From positions 90,520,001 through 90,584,000 of the forward strand of contig NC_043002.1 of assembly GCF_006345805.1 (NCBI RefSeq): 64,000 bases of DNA. Reading direction: 5' to 3'. The notes under the pieces are model-generated. The model was not told the DNA's origin, did not search any database, and saw only the letters and a program-made list of their open reading frames with translations. Made by a program: the position numbers and the translations under genes. Position 1 is the stretch's first letter; each line of letters begins with the position of its first letter. Shown one piece after another: positions 26,255-39,599 of this stretch. Origin of the DNA: Octopus sinensis. Its lineage: Eukaryota.

Positions 26255-27075
26255 GATCTTTACCTTTTGAGCTACAGATTTAAAAAATAATTTTTTGTAA
26301 CTAAACACTTTCAAACTTTGGATACTGGTAGAATGTGTCATATAAAACATCTTTTACTCTTAGCATTTTTGAGAAAAACTTATATTTACGAAGTTATTTC
26401 TCGTTAAAGTTCTCGTATTTCGGTAATTTCAACCAATCAGTGATGTGTATTCAGCTGAATAAAATTACTGCTGTTGTTTGTCAACAAGAACTTCTGGGGG
26501 TGTATATTTCGTATGTCACTGTTATTTATGACAACCCTAACTCTAAAAATCCTAAACCTAACCCTAAAACCTTAACCCTAACCCTAACTCTAAAACCCTA
26601 ACCCTAAAACCCTAACCCTAAAACCCTAACCCTAAAACCTTAACCCTAACTGTAACCCTAAAACCCTAATGCTAACCCTAACCCTAAAACCCTAACCCTA
26701 AAACCTTAACCCTAACTCTAACCCTAAAACCCTAACCCTAACCCTAAAACCCTGACCATAAAACCTTAAAGCCACTACAAACGCACAAACAATGTCATAA
26801 ATAACAGTGATAAACGAAAAATACACCACTGATAGACGTTGTTGACAAACAACAGCAGTAATTTTATTCAGCTGAATACACATCATTGATTGGTTTAAAT
26901 TGCTGAAATACGAGAACTTTAACGTGAAATAACTTCGTAAATATAAGTTTTCCTCAAAAATGCTAAGAGTAAATAAAAGATGTTTTATATGACACATTCT
27001 ACTAGTGTCCGAAGTTCGAAAGTGTTTAGTTACAAAAAATTATTTTTTAAATCTGTAGGTCAAAAGGTAAAGATC
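26255..27075. mobile_element. Foldback/MITE-like element with ~280-bp inverted arms and a telomere-like core
   Basis: Arms 26255-26532 and 26793-27075 (GATCTTTACCTTTTGA...TTTATGACA and its reverse complement). Confidence 0.85.
26533..26770 (-). repeat. Interstitial TTAGGG/TTTTAGGG telomere-like array
   Basis: CCCTAA and CCCTAAAA units, largely alternating as a 14-bp unit. Confidence 0.95.
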
Positions 27076-27112
27076 CAAATTCGTTTACTGTGAGAAAGAG
27101 GTAATGTTGATA

Positions 27113-27330
27113 TCATTATATATAAAAGTGAGGTTGTGTGCTGTCTGTCTCCTACGATTTAGATTCCTAACTACTCCCACATTTTGCGGTGCAGTTTAAC
27201 CAAAACCGGGTATCTTATAGTCGTGATTCATATCGAGCCCTTCTGGGTATTAGCGCGTGTCTACAATGAGTCTACGATTTAAAAAAAAAATTACCATCAA
27301 TTTTTCCCATTTTTAATGCATTTTTGGCAT
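27113..27330 (+). mobile_element. Non-autonomous Helitron 5' portion
   Basis: A|TCATTATATATAAAAGTGAGGTTGTGTG..TGTCTGTC start typical of animal Helitrons. Truncated by family B sequence. Confidence 0.45.
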
Positions 27331-27790
27331 TTGATGTCTGCTTTCCATGCTAGCATGGGTTGGATGATTTGACTTAGAACTGGTGAACCAGATGGCTGCA
27401 CCAGGCTCCAATCTGATCTGGCAGAGTTTCTACAGCTGGATTCCCTTGCTAACACCAACCACTCTGAGAGTGTAGTGGGTGCTTTTATGTGCCTCTGGCA
27501 CGAGGGCCAGTTAGGCGGTACTGGCAATGGCCATGCTCAAATGGTGCTTTTTGCATGCCACCTGGACAAGAGCCAGTCCAGTCGCACTGGCAACGACCTC
27601 GCTTGAATAATTTTTCATGTGCCAGTAAGGCGACAATGGACTTCTTTCGGTTTCCATCTACCAAATCCACTCACAAGGCTCTGGTCAGCCCGAGGTTATA
27701 GTAGAAGACACTTTCCCAAGGTGCCATACAATGGGACTGAACCCAGAAACATGTGATTGGGAAGCAAGCATCTTACTACACAGCCATGCC
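27330..27790 (-). mobile_element. Family B RTE 3' end plus family A SINE head
   Basis: Homology to the copies described above. Confidence 0.7.
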
Positions 27791-28243
27791 TGCTGATTGA
27801 TGTGTGTTATATATGTCACTTCAAACCACAACACATCAACAATCTATATTAGACTCACTGGGTCCTTGTTCAAATGAAATGGTTGAGTGGAATATCAATT
27901 TAACTTACAGATCAGATTGGCAGTTTAAGTCCACTGTGACTGTTTTGTCATGTTTCAAGACAGGTCCCTTGATTTGCACAGATATCAAGAATAAATACTG
28001 ATTTATTTGGGAAAATATAAATGTCTTTCCCCACCATCTCACTGACAGGTGCCACCAATTTCATAAAATCAAGGTCATTTGTTTAGCCACGTTTTTTTTC
28101 TTTTTTGTTTATGTTTCTAATTCTCTTCAGATAGAATTATTTGTCACAAGATAATTTATGGATTGTCAAATTCAAATGTTTACAGAAAAATTCTTCTCTT
28201 TCAAAGCATTTTTCTCTTAGTTCTAGGCTGCAAGTCATAATCC

Positions 28244-28278
<35 letters not shown>

Positions 28279-28339
28279 AAAAGATTAAAAAGGGGTTGTT
28301 ATACAGTACACTTGGTTTCTCCATATATCATGTGGCTGA

Positions 28340-28650
28340 TGCCAGTGGCACGTAAAAGTACCATTTGAGCATTGGGCTTCATGGAGGCAGTGTCAGGTGA
28401 CCGAGACCTTTGGCAATATATTGTCCTGTGTAGAACTGTCAAGCCATGTGAGACTGTAGTCATGGCCAATGTCGGTGTCAGGTCAATGTCACCCATGTTG
28501 GCAGCACGTAAAAAACATCCACTACACTTTCAGAGTGGTTGGTGTTAGGAAGGGCATCCAGCTGTAGAAACCTAGCCAAATCAGATCAGAACCTGTCCGA
28601 CTCATGCCAGCATGGAAGACAGAGGTTAAATGATGAGGATGATAATGATG
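28340..28650 (+). mobile_element. RTE LINE ORF end and 3' UTR (family B)
   Basis: ALGFMEAVSGDRDLWQYIVL precedes the family B UTR and the (GAT)n tail. Confidence 0.65.
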
Positions 28651-28765
28651 ATGATGTTCACAAGCAAATGCATTCATGAGAACCAACCCACTGTTGTCAT
28701 TACCATTGTGCTAAACTGCAGTATACCAGCGAACAAGCGAAACACATACATTAAGTATGTGTGGT

Positions 28766-28802
<37 letters not shown>

Positions 28803-28806
<4 letters not shown>

Positions 28807-29090
28807 TCTGTAATTATAAGCATAATTATAATTAGGGTTCAGCAAATTGCTTCCCCACATACCGAAATTTAGAAATAACAATTAAATACTATTCCTCTAC
28901 CTAGTATTTAACTGCTATTTCTAAATTTCGGTATGCAGTGAAGCAATTTGCTGAACCCTAATTATAATTATGCTTATAATTATAGAATTTTTGTATAAGG
29001 TTACCGATAAAGGTTCTTTTAACAACATATTGAACTACTTGGTAAAATTATTAATTATCAGTTAATTAATTTTACCCTTTATTGTTATCG
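28803..29090 (-). mobile_element. (TA)n-embedded fold-back element E1
   Basis: Arms 28803-28891 and 28902-28990 (6 mismatches in 89), ~100-bp unpaired head, (TA)n on both sides. Confidence 0.8.
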
Positions 29091-29091
29091 A

Positions 29092-29130
<39 letters not shown>

Positions 29131-29914
29131 ATTATATATATATATATTATATATTTACATTGTCTCTATAAACTTTCTTCTCAAACACAATGTATTTCTT
29201 GGTGCACCAAACACATCAGTATTTCCAACTTTAAAGTACATGTGACATCTGCTTTTATGTGCAACCTGAAATTATTTCTCATCATCTACTATGTGACATA
29301 ACTGAATTTTTATTGTTTCTTCCTTGTTTCATTGCCTGCAAAACATTCTAATAATTTCCAACTTCTATGTCAGCCAATACATACATAAATATTACCGAAG
29401 TTCTAATGTCTTATAAAGCTCCTCTCATGCCAGACACATCAGGTGTCTGCTGCTTGGTGTTAGCTGCTATTAGATTGAAAGACACAAATCTATGTTAGAG
29501 TGTTATAAATGTTAGTGGTTACTGGGTAACACAACAGTGGTGGTAGCCCTTTCATTTTTCTTTATTGTATCTTGCTGTTTGTGTTAGGGCTAGTTTTGGG
29601 AATGTTTTAGCTGAGGTCTTCATATTAAAAGCAATTATATGATCCCCTACTGTCTTCGAATATTTCAGTTATTTATTCAGAACTGAAAGACCTCTACGAA
29701 AAATAAATGAGCATATAGAATAAAATAGTATATAAAATAAATAAATGTACAAAATATAATAAGTATATCAAATATAAATATATAAAATACAGTAAATAAC
29801 CATAACAAAAATATATAAATAAATATATAAAGTAAAAGTAATTTATGAAAATAAGAAAAGAAACATTACTAAACTGATTTTTGAAATCAGTCAATCTGTT
29901 GCCTTAGGCAAAAA

Positions 29915-30232
29915 AAAATATCATATAGCGACATCAGATATCATATCTTGGTATTAAATATCATATAACAACAGTATATAACATATATTGGTATTAAATA
30001 TCATATAGCGACATCAGATATCATATCTTGGTATTAAATATCATATAGCAACAGCTGATACTAAATGTTGGTATTAAGTATAATACAGTATCATCAGCTA
30101 TCATATATTGTCATTAAATATAATATAGTGATACCAAATATCATATATGATGTAGCAACTGCAGATATTGTAGTAATATAAATAATATATATGTATGCAT
30201 ATATATATACGTATATGTACATACTTACATCT

Positions 30233-30287
<55 letters not shown>

Positions 30288-31330
30288 TATGTGGGCACAG
30301 GATATCATGAAACATGTACAACAAAAAAATATGAAGCACGAGTACATGGAACATGAACAATTCTTTCGAACAACAAAAGATACAAATGGAATACAAAACA
30401 AACAACATAAAGAACGACCCTTCATCAGTTGCTGGTTGTTTTTCTAGTCCCGTATTTCGAGCATTTAACCACAATATATGATTTTGATGAAGCAGTTGTT
30501 CCCGCAAAGCAAATTAAATAAAATTTGGGATTTTGCAGAGGGTCAAAATAGGTAACACAAACAGGACAGTGAAAACAAACAGGGAGGGCTGCTAAGCCTA
30601 GATGAGGTTGTGGCGGCGAACATGTAATTCAAGCTTGGGCAGGAGACAAAACAAGGAAACATCTTCCTTGTTCCAGCTACAACAGAGAGAAAGAAAGAAA
30701 CGTAAGTTAGGAGAAGAAAGAAATATGGTTGATGGTCACGTAGGAGCAATGTGAGCAAGGGAGGAAGAGTGAGGGAAGAGAGTGACAGAGTAATAGGATA
30801 GAATAGTGGGAGAAGATGTCACATATTGACATTAAATATCATATTGTGACATTAAATATTGTATATTTTATTTGAGATGAGATATCATGCAGTGATATTA
30901 AATATCATGTTGTGACATGAGGTAATCATATCATGATGCTAATTATCATATAATAGCATCAAATATCATTGCAATATCAGATATATATTGGTATTAGCTG
31001 ACACATAGTAACTTCATTTATCATGTTTTGATATCAAAACCATCATATATTGTTGTAACAGATAACATAGACTGGTACCAGGTTCATGTAGAGTTATCAA
31101 ATATCATTTAGTGGTATCACATATATAATAACCTTCAGAAGGCTATTGTGACATCAGATATCTTGTATTTAAATATGATATCACATAGCAGCATTGTATA
31201 TTGTATAGGTATGTCCGATATCTCTTACTCATGTCAGATATGTGGTGACATGATTCAATATATTGTCACATCAAATATTATATGGTGAAGCCAGACAAAA
31301 TATATTAGCACCACATGATAATGATATGTT
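29915..31330. repeat. Degenerate 20/40-bp minisatellite interrupted by ~650 bp
   Basis: AAATATCATATAGCGACATCAGATATCATATCTTGGTATT at 29917 and 29997, with variants between. Decayed copies resume at 30820-31330. Confidence 0.75.
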
Positions 31331-31449
31331 GTGGCTGTTCAGTGTTGACTTCTCTATGTCAGTGAATGGGAAATATTATAGAAATTCCTGTAAATCTCAG
31401 AAAGAATCTATTTTTTTATGATATACTTAATGTAAGTATCAAATTGCTG

Positions 31450-31870
31450 ATCATAAGCATTGAATTACTGATAATGAAACACTGTCTTTGATGGCCAGGA
31501 TATGTAGCAAGAATGGAAAAGTCACGGTTCCCACATCAAATCATATGCATTGAGTTCACTTCAGAAAAAAGACCATGTGATTGCCCTCTTTGAAGATACA
31601 AGGACCAACTTAAAACTCTGAAGACCACTGGACTTGAGACTAAATTGTTTGAAACATAAGCAAGCCCAAGACTGTACCAAGTGGCAGTGTTCCATCACCA
31701 TCAGAACCAAAATCTTTGAAGCCATCAGAAGAGTGAAGGAAGAAATCAAATGGCAGGAGAAAAAGGCTTGGCAAAACCAATCTTGTCCTCTGCCAACATT
31801 ACCATGCAGTCAATGCCATTGACTCTTCTATGCAAGAACTGGTCTACACAGTCATCAACACCATAACCAT
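31450..31870 (+). mobile_element. RTE LINE 3' fragment
   Basis: W.GYVARMEKSRFP..KRP..RYKDQLK..AQDCTKW..LPCSQCH..RTGLHSHQ. Confidence 0.8.
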
Positions 31871-32567
31871 AAAGGAAGCATTTAGCAAAGAAGAAGCTAA
31901 ATTCTCAGATACAAGATAAGGCTGACGTACATGTATATCGTTGAAAGTGAGAAGCTGCAGTGGTCATCTCGGAAAATATTTCTTTATAGATGTCTCATGC
32001 TGAAGTAATATTAAAAACATTAGGAAGGGCATCTAGCCATAGAAACCAACCCATATCAGACTGGAACCTGGTGCAGCTCTCTGGCTTACCAGCTCTAGTC
32101 AACTCATCCAACTCATGCCAGTTTGGAAAACGGACTCAGAAGGCTTTGGTCAGCTCGAGACTATAGCAGAAGACACTTGCACATGGTACCACACAGTGGG
32201 ACTGAACCCGGAACCATGTGGTCGGGAAGCAAGCAAGCAAGCTTCTTACCACACAGCCACACCTGTAGTAGTTATTTCCACTTCTTGTATCCTGGTGAAG
32301 TCAACTCGTCTTTCATCCTTTTGGGAGTTAATAAATAAAGCACCAGTTTAAGTAATAGATAGAGTACTTTTGCTGTTATCCTGGCTCTTTGCTTTCTAAG
32401 CACAAATCCCACCATGGCCTAGTTGGGCGAGAAACCTTATCACCACTCGGTTTAACATCATCTCCTGATCCTTAGGTACCTTTAATAGAGGAGAGGAATC
32501 CAGTCTGTTGCATGCATTTAGACCTGTTCTGTGTCTAGTTTGAAGATCTCTCTCTGTGCTTCTCTTC

Positions 32568-32614
<47 letters not shown>

Positions 32615-32861
32615 TCCTTTCTTCCTCTACCCTCTCTCTGTTGCTTTGTAAAGGGTTATGTGCACTGCCTTTCATCCTAACCAATAAAAAAGAATATTCT
32701 TCAATTTTACCTTAAAGAGAATAAGATAGTATTTTCTTTATCCTGTGTCATTGAAAATCTTAGCTGGAAATCATTTAAAGCCATATTTTTTTATTATTAC
32801 ACCTGTGTCTACACAAACATGTATGGTGTCTGTGACGTGATGTATAAATGTACATAGATAC

Positions 32862-32896
<35 letters not shown>

Positions 32897-32915
32897 TATG
32901 GATGTGTGTGTGTAT

Positions 32916-32964
<49 letters not shown>

Positions 32965-33021
32965 TATGGATGTGTGTGTGTATGAGTGTGTGTGTGTGTG
33001 TGGTGTGTGTGTGTGTGTATG

Positions 33022-33061
<40 letters not shown>

Positions 33062-33989
33062 AAGGAATGGAAGGTAGATGTTTGCTTTGCTCTTGCTCTT
33101 AAGTATAGTTGTGAAAGTTACGCCATCTGTTGGTGCACAATTTTTGTTAGCAATGTGAAGACTTTAATGTAGTTTTAATTGATTTATTGTTAGAATAAAT
33201 AGTGTCTACAGCTTGAGGTACAAACTTTCTATTTAGGTGTCTATAAACGTATGTTTGATGTTTCTCATGATATTTAAGTACTCAAGGCTGAAAGCACATT
33301 TTACAAACATGTAAATTGAATCATATTGCCTAGATAGAAATTCGAAGTAAACATGTGCAATTATAAGGATACGAGAAAAAAAAAAAATTTGCATTCACAC
33401 ACACACACACAAAATGCATACATAAACATAACATAAACCAATGGATCTCCTTTTACCAGTACCAAGCTGTTATATATAACAACAAATGGCACGGGATGTT
33501 TCTGACCCTCTCATCTCTGTGATACTGGCTCTCTTCACTGCACCATACTGCCAATGTAATGGCATTAGATCTGTTGATATTCACCCCACCCACACCTCCA
33601 TCACCATCCTCACCAATCTATTTCTCCGTCTCATCAAGATGCCTCTATATGAGAAAACATCAAATCTATTTGTTATTGAACACCTGTGCAAATACTTTCT
33701 CTCGTTTATTTGAAGTAAACTTTTTTCCTGTATGTTTCCAATTCAATCTTAGTTGAACACAACTGTGATTGATGGAAGCTATCCTAGTCATGACAAACAT
33801 ATCACTTGCTTATCGAGAAGTATATCACCATTAAGTGTAGCTTTTTTCAAGAAGGTTGTGTGTGATTCATGAGAATTTTGGCTGCTGTATTGAGCAGGTT
33901 GAGTGACCACACTATGTCATAAATTGTCATTAACAAGTTCTTCTCTCCTTCCCTTTCTGTCCTTACCTCTCTCTTCTCCTCTTCTTCCT

Positions 33990-34130
33990 CCTCTTCCTCC
34001 CTCTTTATTCTCTGTCTCTCTCTTTCTTCCTCCCTCTTTATTCTCTGTCTTTCTCTTTCTTCCTCCCTCTTTATTCTCTGTCTTTCTCTTTCTTCCTCCC
34101 TCTTTATTCTCTGTCTCTCTCTTACTTCCT
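33990..34130. repeat. 33-bp pyrimidine-rich tandem repeat x4
   Basis: TTCCTCCCTCTTTATTCTCTGTC recurs with a 33-bp period. Confidence 0.9.
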
Positions 34131-34599
34131 CATTTATTCTCCCTTTATTCTCTCTCTCCCTGTGCCTTTTGTCCTACACACTTTAATTTATATCTTCACA
34201 GTGAGCAGTTTAACTGACAATCTTCAGAGATTACATAAATTTTGACTTATTTAGGAAGGGTTCTAGATTAGGAGGCATTTAGCACTTACATATATACATA
34301 TGGATGTACAAGCATTAGTATTATACATACAAAAATACATGCATTACATATATATGCACGTCCACACAGTATGTATATTTGTATGTATGGGGGACATGAC
34401 TATTCATATTTAATCTTTCTTAGGGCTTTTACATATCTTCATATAAAAACCCTTGTAGTTTAGTAAAATAATGATCCCAAATTCATTTTTATCAATATTT
34501 CCAAACGGATATGAAGTGGCATTGGTTTTTCTATTGCCCTCATTTTCTATGCAGACTCTACAGTCAGAGTTTACTTTATGCTGATTTTACAAACAGTAA

Positions 34600-35040
34600 T
34601 TGACTATGTACACCTGTGAGATATGGACACTGACAGCAGAAATCAAAAGAAGAATCCAGGCTTTAGAGGCGAAATGTTTCAGGAGACTTTTAGGAATATC
34701 ATACAGAGATCATGTCACAAATGAGAAAGTGAAAAGAAGAATAAGGCAGGCAATAGGGCCTTATAGGGAACTTCTTACCACAATAAAGAAACGCAAGCTC
34801 AGGTGGTTTGGGCATGTCACCCACTCATCAGGGATGGCCAAAACAACCCTTCAGGGAACAGTCAACGCTGTCAAGACACAGAGACAGACAGAGAAAACAA
34901 CATCTGTGAATGGACAGGCCTAAAGATGAGAGACACAGTGCGAAAGGCAGAAGACAGAGACAAGTGGAGAGATCTGGTCGCAAGGTCATCAGTGGTGCCC
35001 CGACAGACAGTCAGACTATGGGATATGTAAAATGTAAAAA
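34600..35040 (+). mobile_element. RTE LINE 3' fragment
   Basis: YTCEIWTL..IQALEAKCFRRLLGISYRDHVTNE..KKRKLRWFGHV..AEDRDKWR, plus a short repeat tail ATGTAAA. Confidence 0.9.
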
Positions 35041-35288
35041 AATTGACTATATGAAGTGTCATGAGTGGATTTAGTAAACAGAAACTGAAAGAAACTCATC
35101 TAGGGGTGAAAGTCTCATCTGTGTTTGACTTTCAGGTGTTTTAACTCCCAGCACTTTGAGGGAGTCATCCTCACTTTGGCAAACTGCAGCAAACAAGCAA
35201 AATGCACATACATTATGTGCAGTTGATAGTGTTTACATCACTAGCACAGCTTTTAATTCATAATTGTATATGTGTGTGTATGTGTGTA

Positions 35289-35329
<41 letters not shown>

Positions 35330-35639
35330 GCATGTATACTCTTTTCTAGACATCACATGATGATTATAAATGAGCATCATCACCTTACAAGCAAGGTTGC
35401 TTGTTTTCAGTCTTCTGCAGAAAACTTGTTTAGTTATGGGAAAATATTACCTTGCCCAGGAACAAGTTAAGGTTGTCAACAAGAAGGACATCTGGCTGTA
35501 GAAAAATCTGCCTCAGCGAATTCTTTCTGATTTGTGAAACCATGAAAAAGTGGACATTAAATGATGATGATGCTGATGATATATGAGGTGGTTTCAAAAG
35601 GTTCCTGGGCTAGTTATGTTTAATAAAAAAATAACTTAT

Positions 35640-35857
35640 TTACTCTTTTACTCTTTTACTTGTTTCAGTCATTTGACTGTGGCCATGCTGGAGCACTGCC
35701 TTTAGTCAAGCAAATCAACCCCAGGACTTATTCTTTGGAAGCCTAGTACTTATTCTATCGGTCTCTTTTGCTGAACCACTAAGTTACGGGGATGTAAACA
35801 CACCAGCATCGGTTGTCAAGCGATGTTGGTGGGACAAACACAGACCCACAAACATAT

Positions 35858-35895
<38 letters not shown>

Positions 35896-36015
35896 GCATA
35901 TATACGATGGGCTTCTTTCCATTTCTGTCTACCAAATCCACTCACAAGGCTTTGGTTGGCCCGAGGCTATAGTAGAAGACACTTGCCCAATGTGCCATGC
36001 AGTGGGACTGAACCC
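35640..36015 (-). mobile_element. Family A SINE
   Basis: Tail, central (TA)n and partial head. Confidence 0.8.
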
Positions 36016-36549
36016 AAATTTAACATAAAATTTCATGTTGGCTCATTGCCCATGTCCTTGACAAAATTTGCAGACTACAGCATACACATGATCGCAAAAA
36101 CACAAATTTCAAATTTCACAACTTGCAAAGTAAACACAGCAGTGCCACTCAGCACGCTGCCTCATGAAGGTCATTGCTAGCTCTCCCTGTGCACACAGCT
36201 GTGTGCTGCCATCTGTTGGTGCACTACAGAACTAGACCAAAAACCTTTTTGATACCAGCTTGTATATTCAAAGTGAGTGAGAGGCATACATACATGCATA
36301 CACACACACACACGCACACACACACATTCACAGACACACAGGCTTATTAACTATTAAACATGCATATAAAATCCTCCATACATAGTGCTAATAAACACAG
36401 AAGTTATGCTTTTATCAGCTGTCAACAGGAGATTACAGCAATTAAGACACTTATTCATAAGGCCACTCTCTCCAGCATTGTCAAACACTGATGTGGTTTT
36501 ACATCTTGTCACTAATATCAATAGTTTAGTAGAATTAATCCTAACTGCA

Positions 36550-36765
36550 CCTAGCAACAGCATGGACTATTCCAATGTTAATGTTCTTAAGTGAACATAA
36601 CAGCATTATGCAGTACCTCTATCAATGTTCTTAACTGTGTATGTAGCAACATCATGCATTACCTCTGCTAATGTACTTAACTACACACAGCAACATCAAG
36701 TGCAATCTTAGTGCTAATGTTATCAACTGCATGCTGCAACATCATGCACTACCTCGGTGTTAATG
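36550..36765. repeat. Degenerate ~45-bp minisatellite, ~5 copies
   Basis: GCAACATCATGCA.TACCTC..TAATGTT..TAACT motif at ~36553, 36597, 36644, 36689 and 36735. Confidence 0.7.
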
Positions 36766-38754
36766 GGGTTTTTTTTTAGCTGGGTTTTTTTTCTGCATTT
36801 TCTTAAGACAAGTTTATGGTGTGCCTTCTACTTCACCAATGTTTCTCTATGTTATTCTGATACTGTTCTGCTTTGGTCTGAATCTGATTTTTAGATGAAA
36901 TAATGTGAATCAACCAGCAGATGTATGGCAGTCCAAATCAACTAATTTTTACTCTCATTTATTTTGCTTAGAAAACTTTCTTTGTTAAGACATACTCCAC
37001 GCTGATGTCCTGCACCTTAGTGTGGTATCTTGGTACTATTTCATTCTGACTATTTCTCATAGAGGCCCACATATTCTGTCATCATCCAAAACAGTACCAC
37101 AACATGGTGGTTTCATTTACAGAGCCAGTATTTGCTTCCAGCTTGAATTACTTTCTAACTCTTTACAAGCCAGCAATATACCTTATACTTCTCATACTTC
37201 TGGCTCAAAGATACATTCAAAGACTGACCCAAATGAAAAGTTACCTACTTATTCTACAAGCTTTCACCTCTACGAGAAATTATCTAAAGTCTTTTCACCA
37301 AGATACATCCTGTCATTCTGTTACAATATCTTGTTCTCCTCAATGGAATGTAAAATGTAATTTTGAAGAGAAGACAAAAACTATGAAAGTATCAGAAATA
37401 CTGTGCCTTCATATATGATACCTTTGGATACAGAGAAAGTCCTAACATAGGATTGAAATTGCTTCAGCTGATCTGTCCTTTCCTGTCCATAAACATTTTG
37501 CATAATAGGACATGGTGTTTACATCTGTGTCTACATGCAGTGTGGGCTAGAACCTATTGATATATTCTGTAGTACAGCACAGAATTGAAGCAAAACTATT
37601 AAGGCAGTGGTGTCTATATTAAAAGATTAATTACTGCAAGAAGGAAAGAGCAAAATGCATATGAAAATAATTACAAAAACTTGGCTTAGCATTTGGAAGA
37701 AATAAATTCTTTGCCCTCATTAATAAAGTAATTATGCCTTTGCTAACAATGTTCAGACGATATTAAAAGTTTATTAGTAATTTTGGTTTCCTGTCTGTCT
37801 TTAAGGAACTCTATGAAAGAAGAAAACTGCCTTAAAGAGTAATGTTATATGCATTATTTAACTCATTAACTGGTGAAGATTCTTGTGATATTCATTTTCA
37901 GTGTGCCTGATTCATGAAGGAGTTTATATGAGAAATTTACAGCACAATTCAAGTCATTCAGTTTCTCAAATTCCATCATAAATTCAGTAACATGATATAA
38001 TGTATATAGCTAATATTTAAATCAATGTTCATTGAATGATATGAATATCATTCAATGAACATGGATTTAAATGAGAGCTATTATAAGTTTCATACTTCAA
38101 TATTTTTATTTCTAAACAGAAACAATCAGAGGCAGGGAGTGGGGTTGCCAAAAATTCACAATTTCTCAAATTTTCTTTTTTATAGCATATAAATGTAATT
38201 ATGGGGTAAAAATAGTGAAAAACATCAATACATGCGAGAGTGATAAAGAAACGAGGAGGGTTGTCTTTGGATGTGCTTGAAACAACAGCCAAATCACCCT
38301 TAAATCACTTTTCCCTCTGAAAATATTAACAATTTTTATAAGTTTTTATACCAAAAATGCTCTTCCTATAGTTTTGAAGTGCAAAAAAAAATATTGGCCA
38401 AAATAGGTCTGGAGTGGGATGATGAGGAAGGGGGATGTAAAAAAAAATGTTTTTCCAAACATTTTCATATAAAGATGCCCCCCACCTCTGCCAACCACGT
38501 CATTTCCAAGGCTTATAAAATAATAATAATAAATACTGGGATTGATTTATTTGAGTAAAATCTTTCAAGGTGGCGCCCCAGCATGACCACATTCTAATGA
38601 CTGAAACAAGGAAAAGATGAAAAATGAAGGGACCACTTTTAATTGAAAAGTGTGTTATCTGCCATATATTTTTAGAAACACTTGTCATTGAATGGACATG
38701 TTTATTTTGTCTAAGATTATTTTTAGAGAGTTAGCTCCACTTAGGAAGTATATG

Positions 38755-39165
38755 CTCTTTACTCTTTACTCTTTTACTTATTTCAGTCATTTGACTGTGG
38801 CCATGCTGGAGCACCGCCTTTAGTTGAGCAAATCGACCACAGGACTTATTCTTTGTAAGCCTAGTACTTATTCTATTGGTCTGTTTTGCCAAACTGCTAA
38901 GTTACAGAGATGTAAACACACCAGCATCGGTTGTCAAGCGATGTTGAGGGGGACAAACATAGATACATAAGCATATACACACACGTACATATACATATAT
39001 ACATATATACGATGGACTTCTTTCAGTTTCCGTCTACCAAATCCACTCACAAGGCTTTGGTCGGCCCAAGGCTATAGTAGAAGACACTTGCCCAAGGTGC
39101 CACGCAGTGGGACTGAACCTGGAACCATGTAGTTGGTAAGCAAGCTACTTACCACACAGCCACTT
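38755..39165 (-). mobile_element. Family A SINE, full length
   Basis: Complete tail, core and head. Confidence 0.85.
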
Positions 39166-39361
39166 CTGTGCCTACAAGAAATTTACATTTATCTATGTCA
39201 GTTTGTGCAAGGGCAACAAAATACACGCATACATACATACATACATACATACATACATACATACATACATACAGACATAAAACCATACACATACTGATCA
39301 TCATCATTTTATAGAAATGTGCATACACACACACACACAGCTATATAAAATCTATATTGGC

Positions 39362-39413
<52 letters not shown>

Positions 39414-39599
39414 GACAGGCTTCTTTTCAGTTTCCATCTACTAAATCCACTCATATGGCTTTGGTGGGTGTAGGGCTGTTGTAGAAGGCATTTGACTAAG
39501 GTGCCATGCAGTGGGACTGAACCTAATATTACATGGTTAGGAAGTATATATGTCTGTGCATGTGTGTGTGTGTAACAGGGGTCATTTCACTTTCCTGGA

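Noticed and set aside
26533-26770. True telomere or chromosome fusion site
   Set aside because: The array is single-orientation, short and degenerate, and is enclosed by element arms with ordinary DNA on both sides.
36960-37400. Possible old RTE fragment on the minus strand
   Set aside because: Only faint motif similarity, which I could not support without an alignment.
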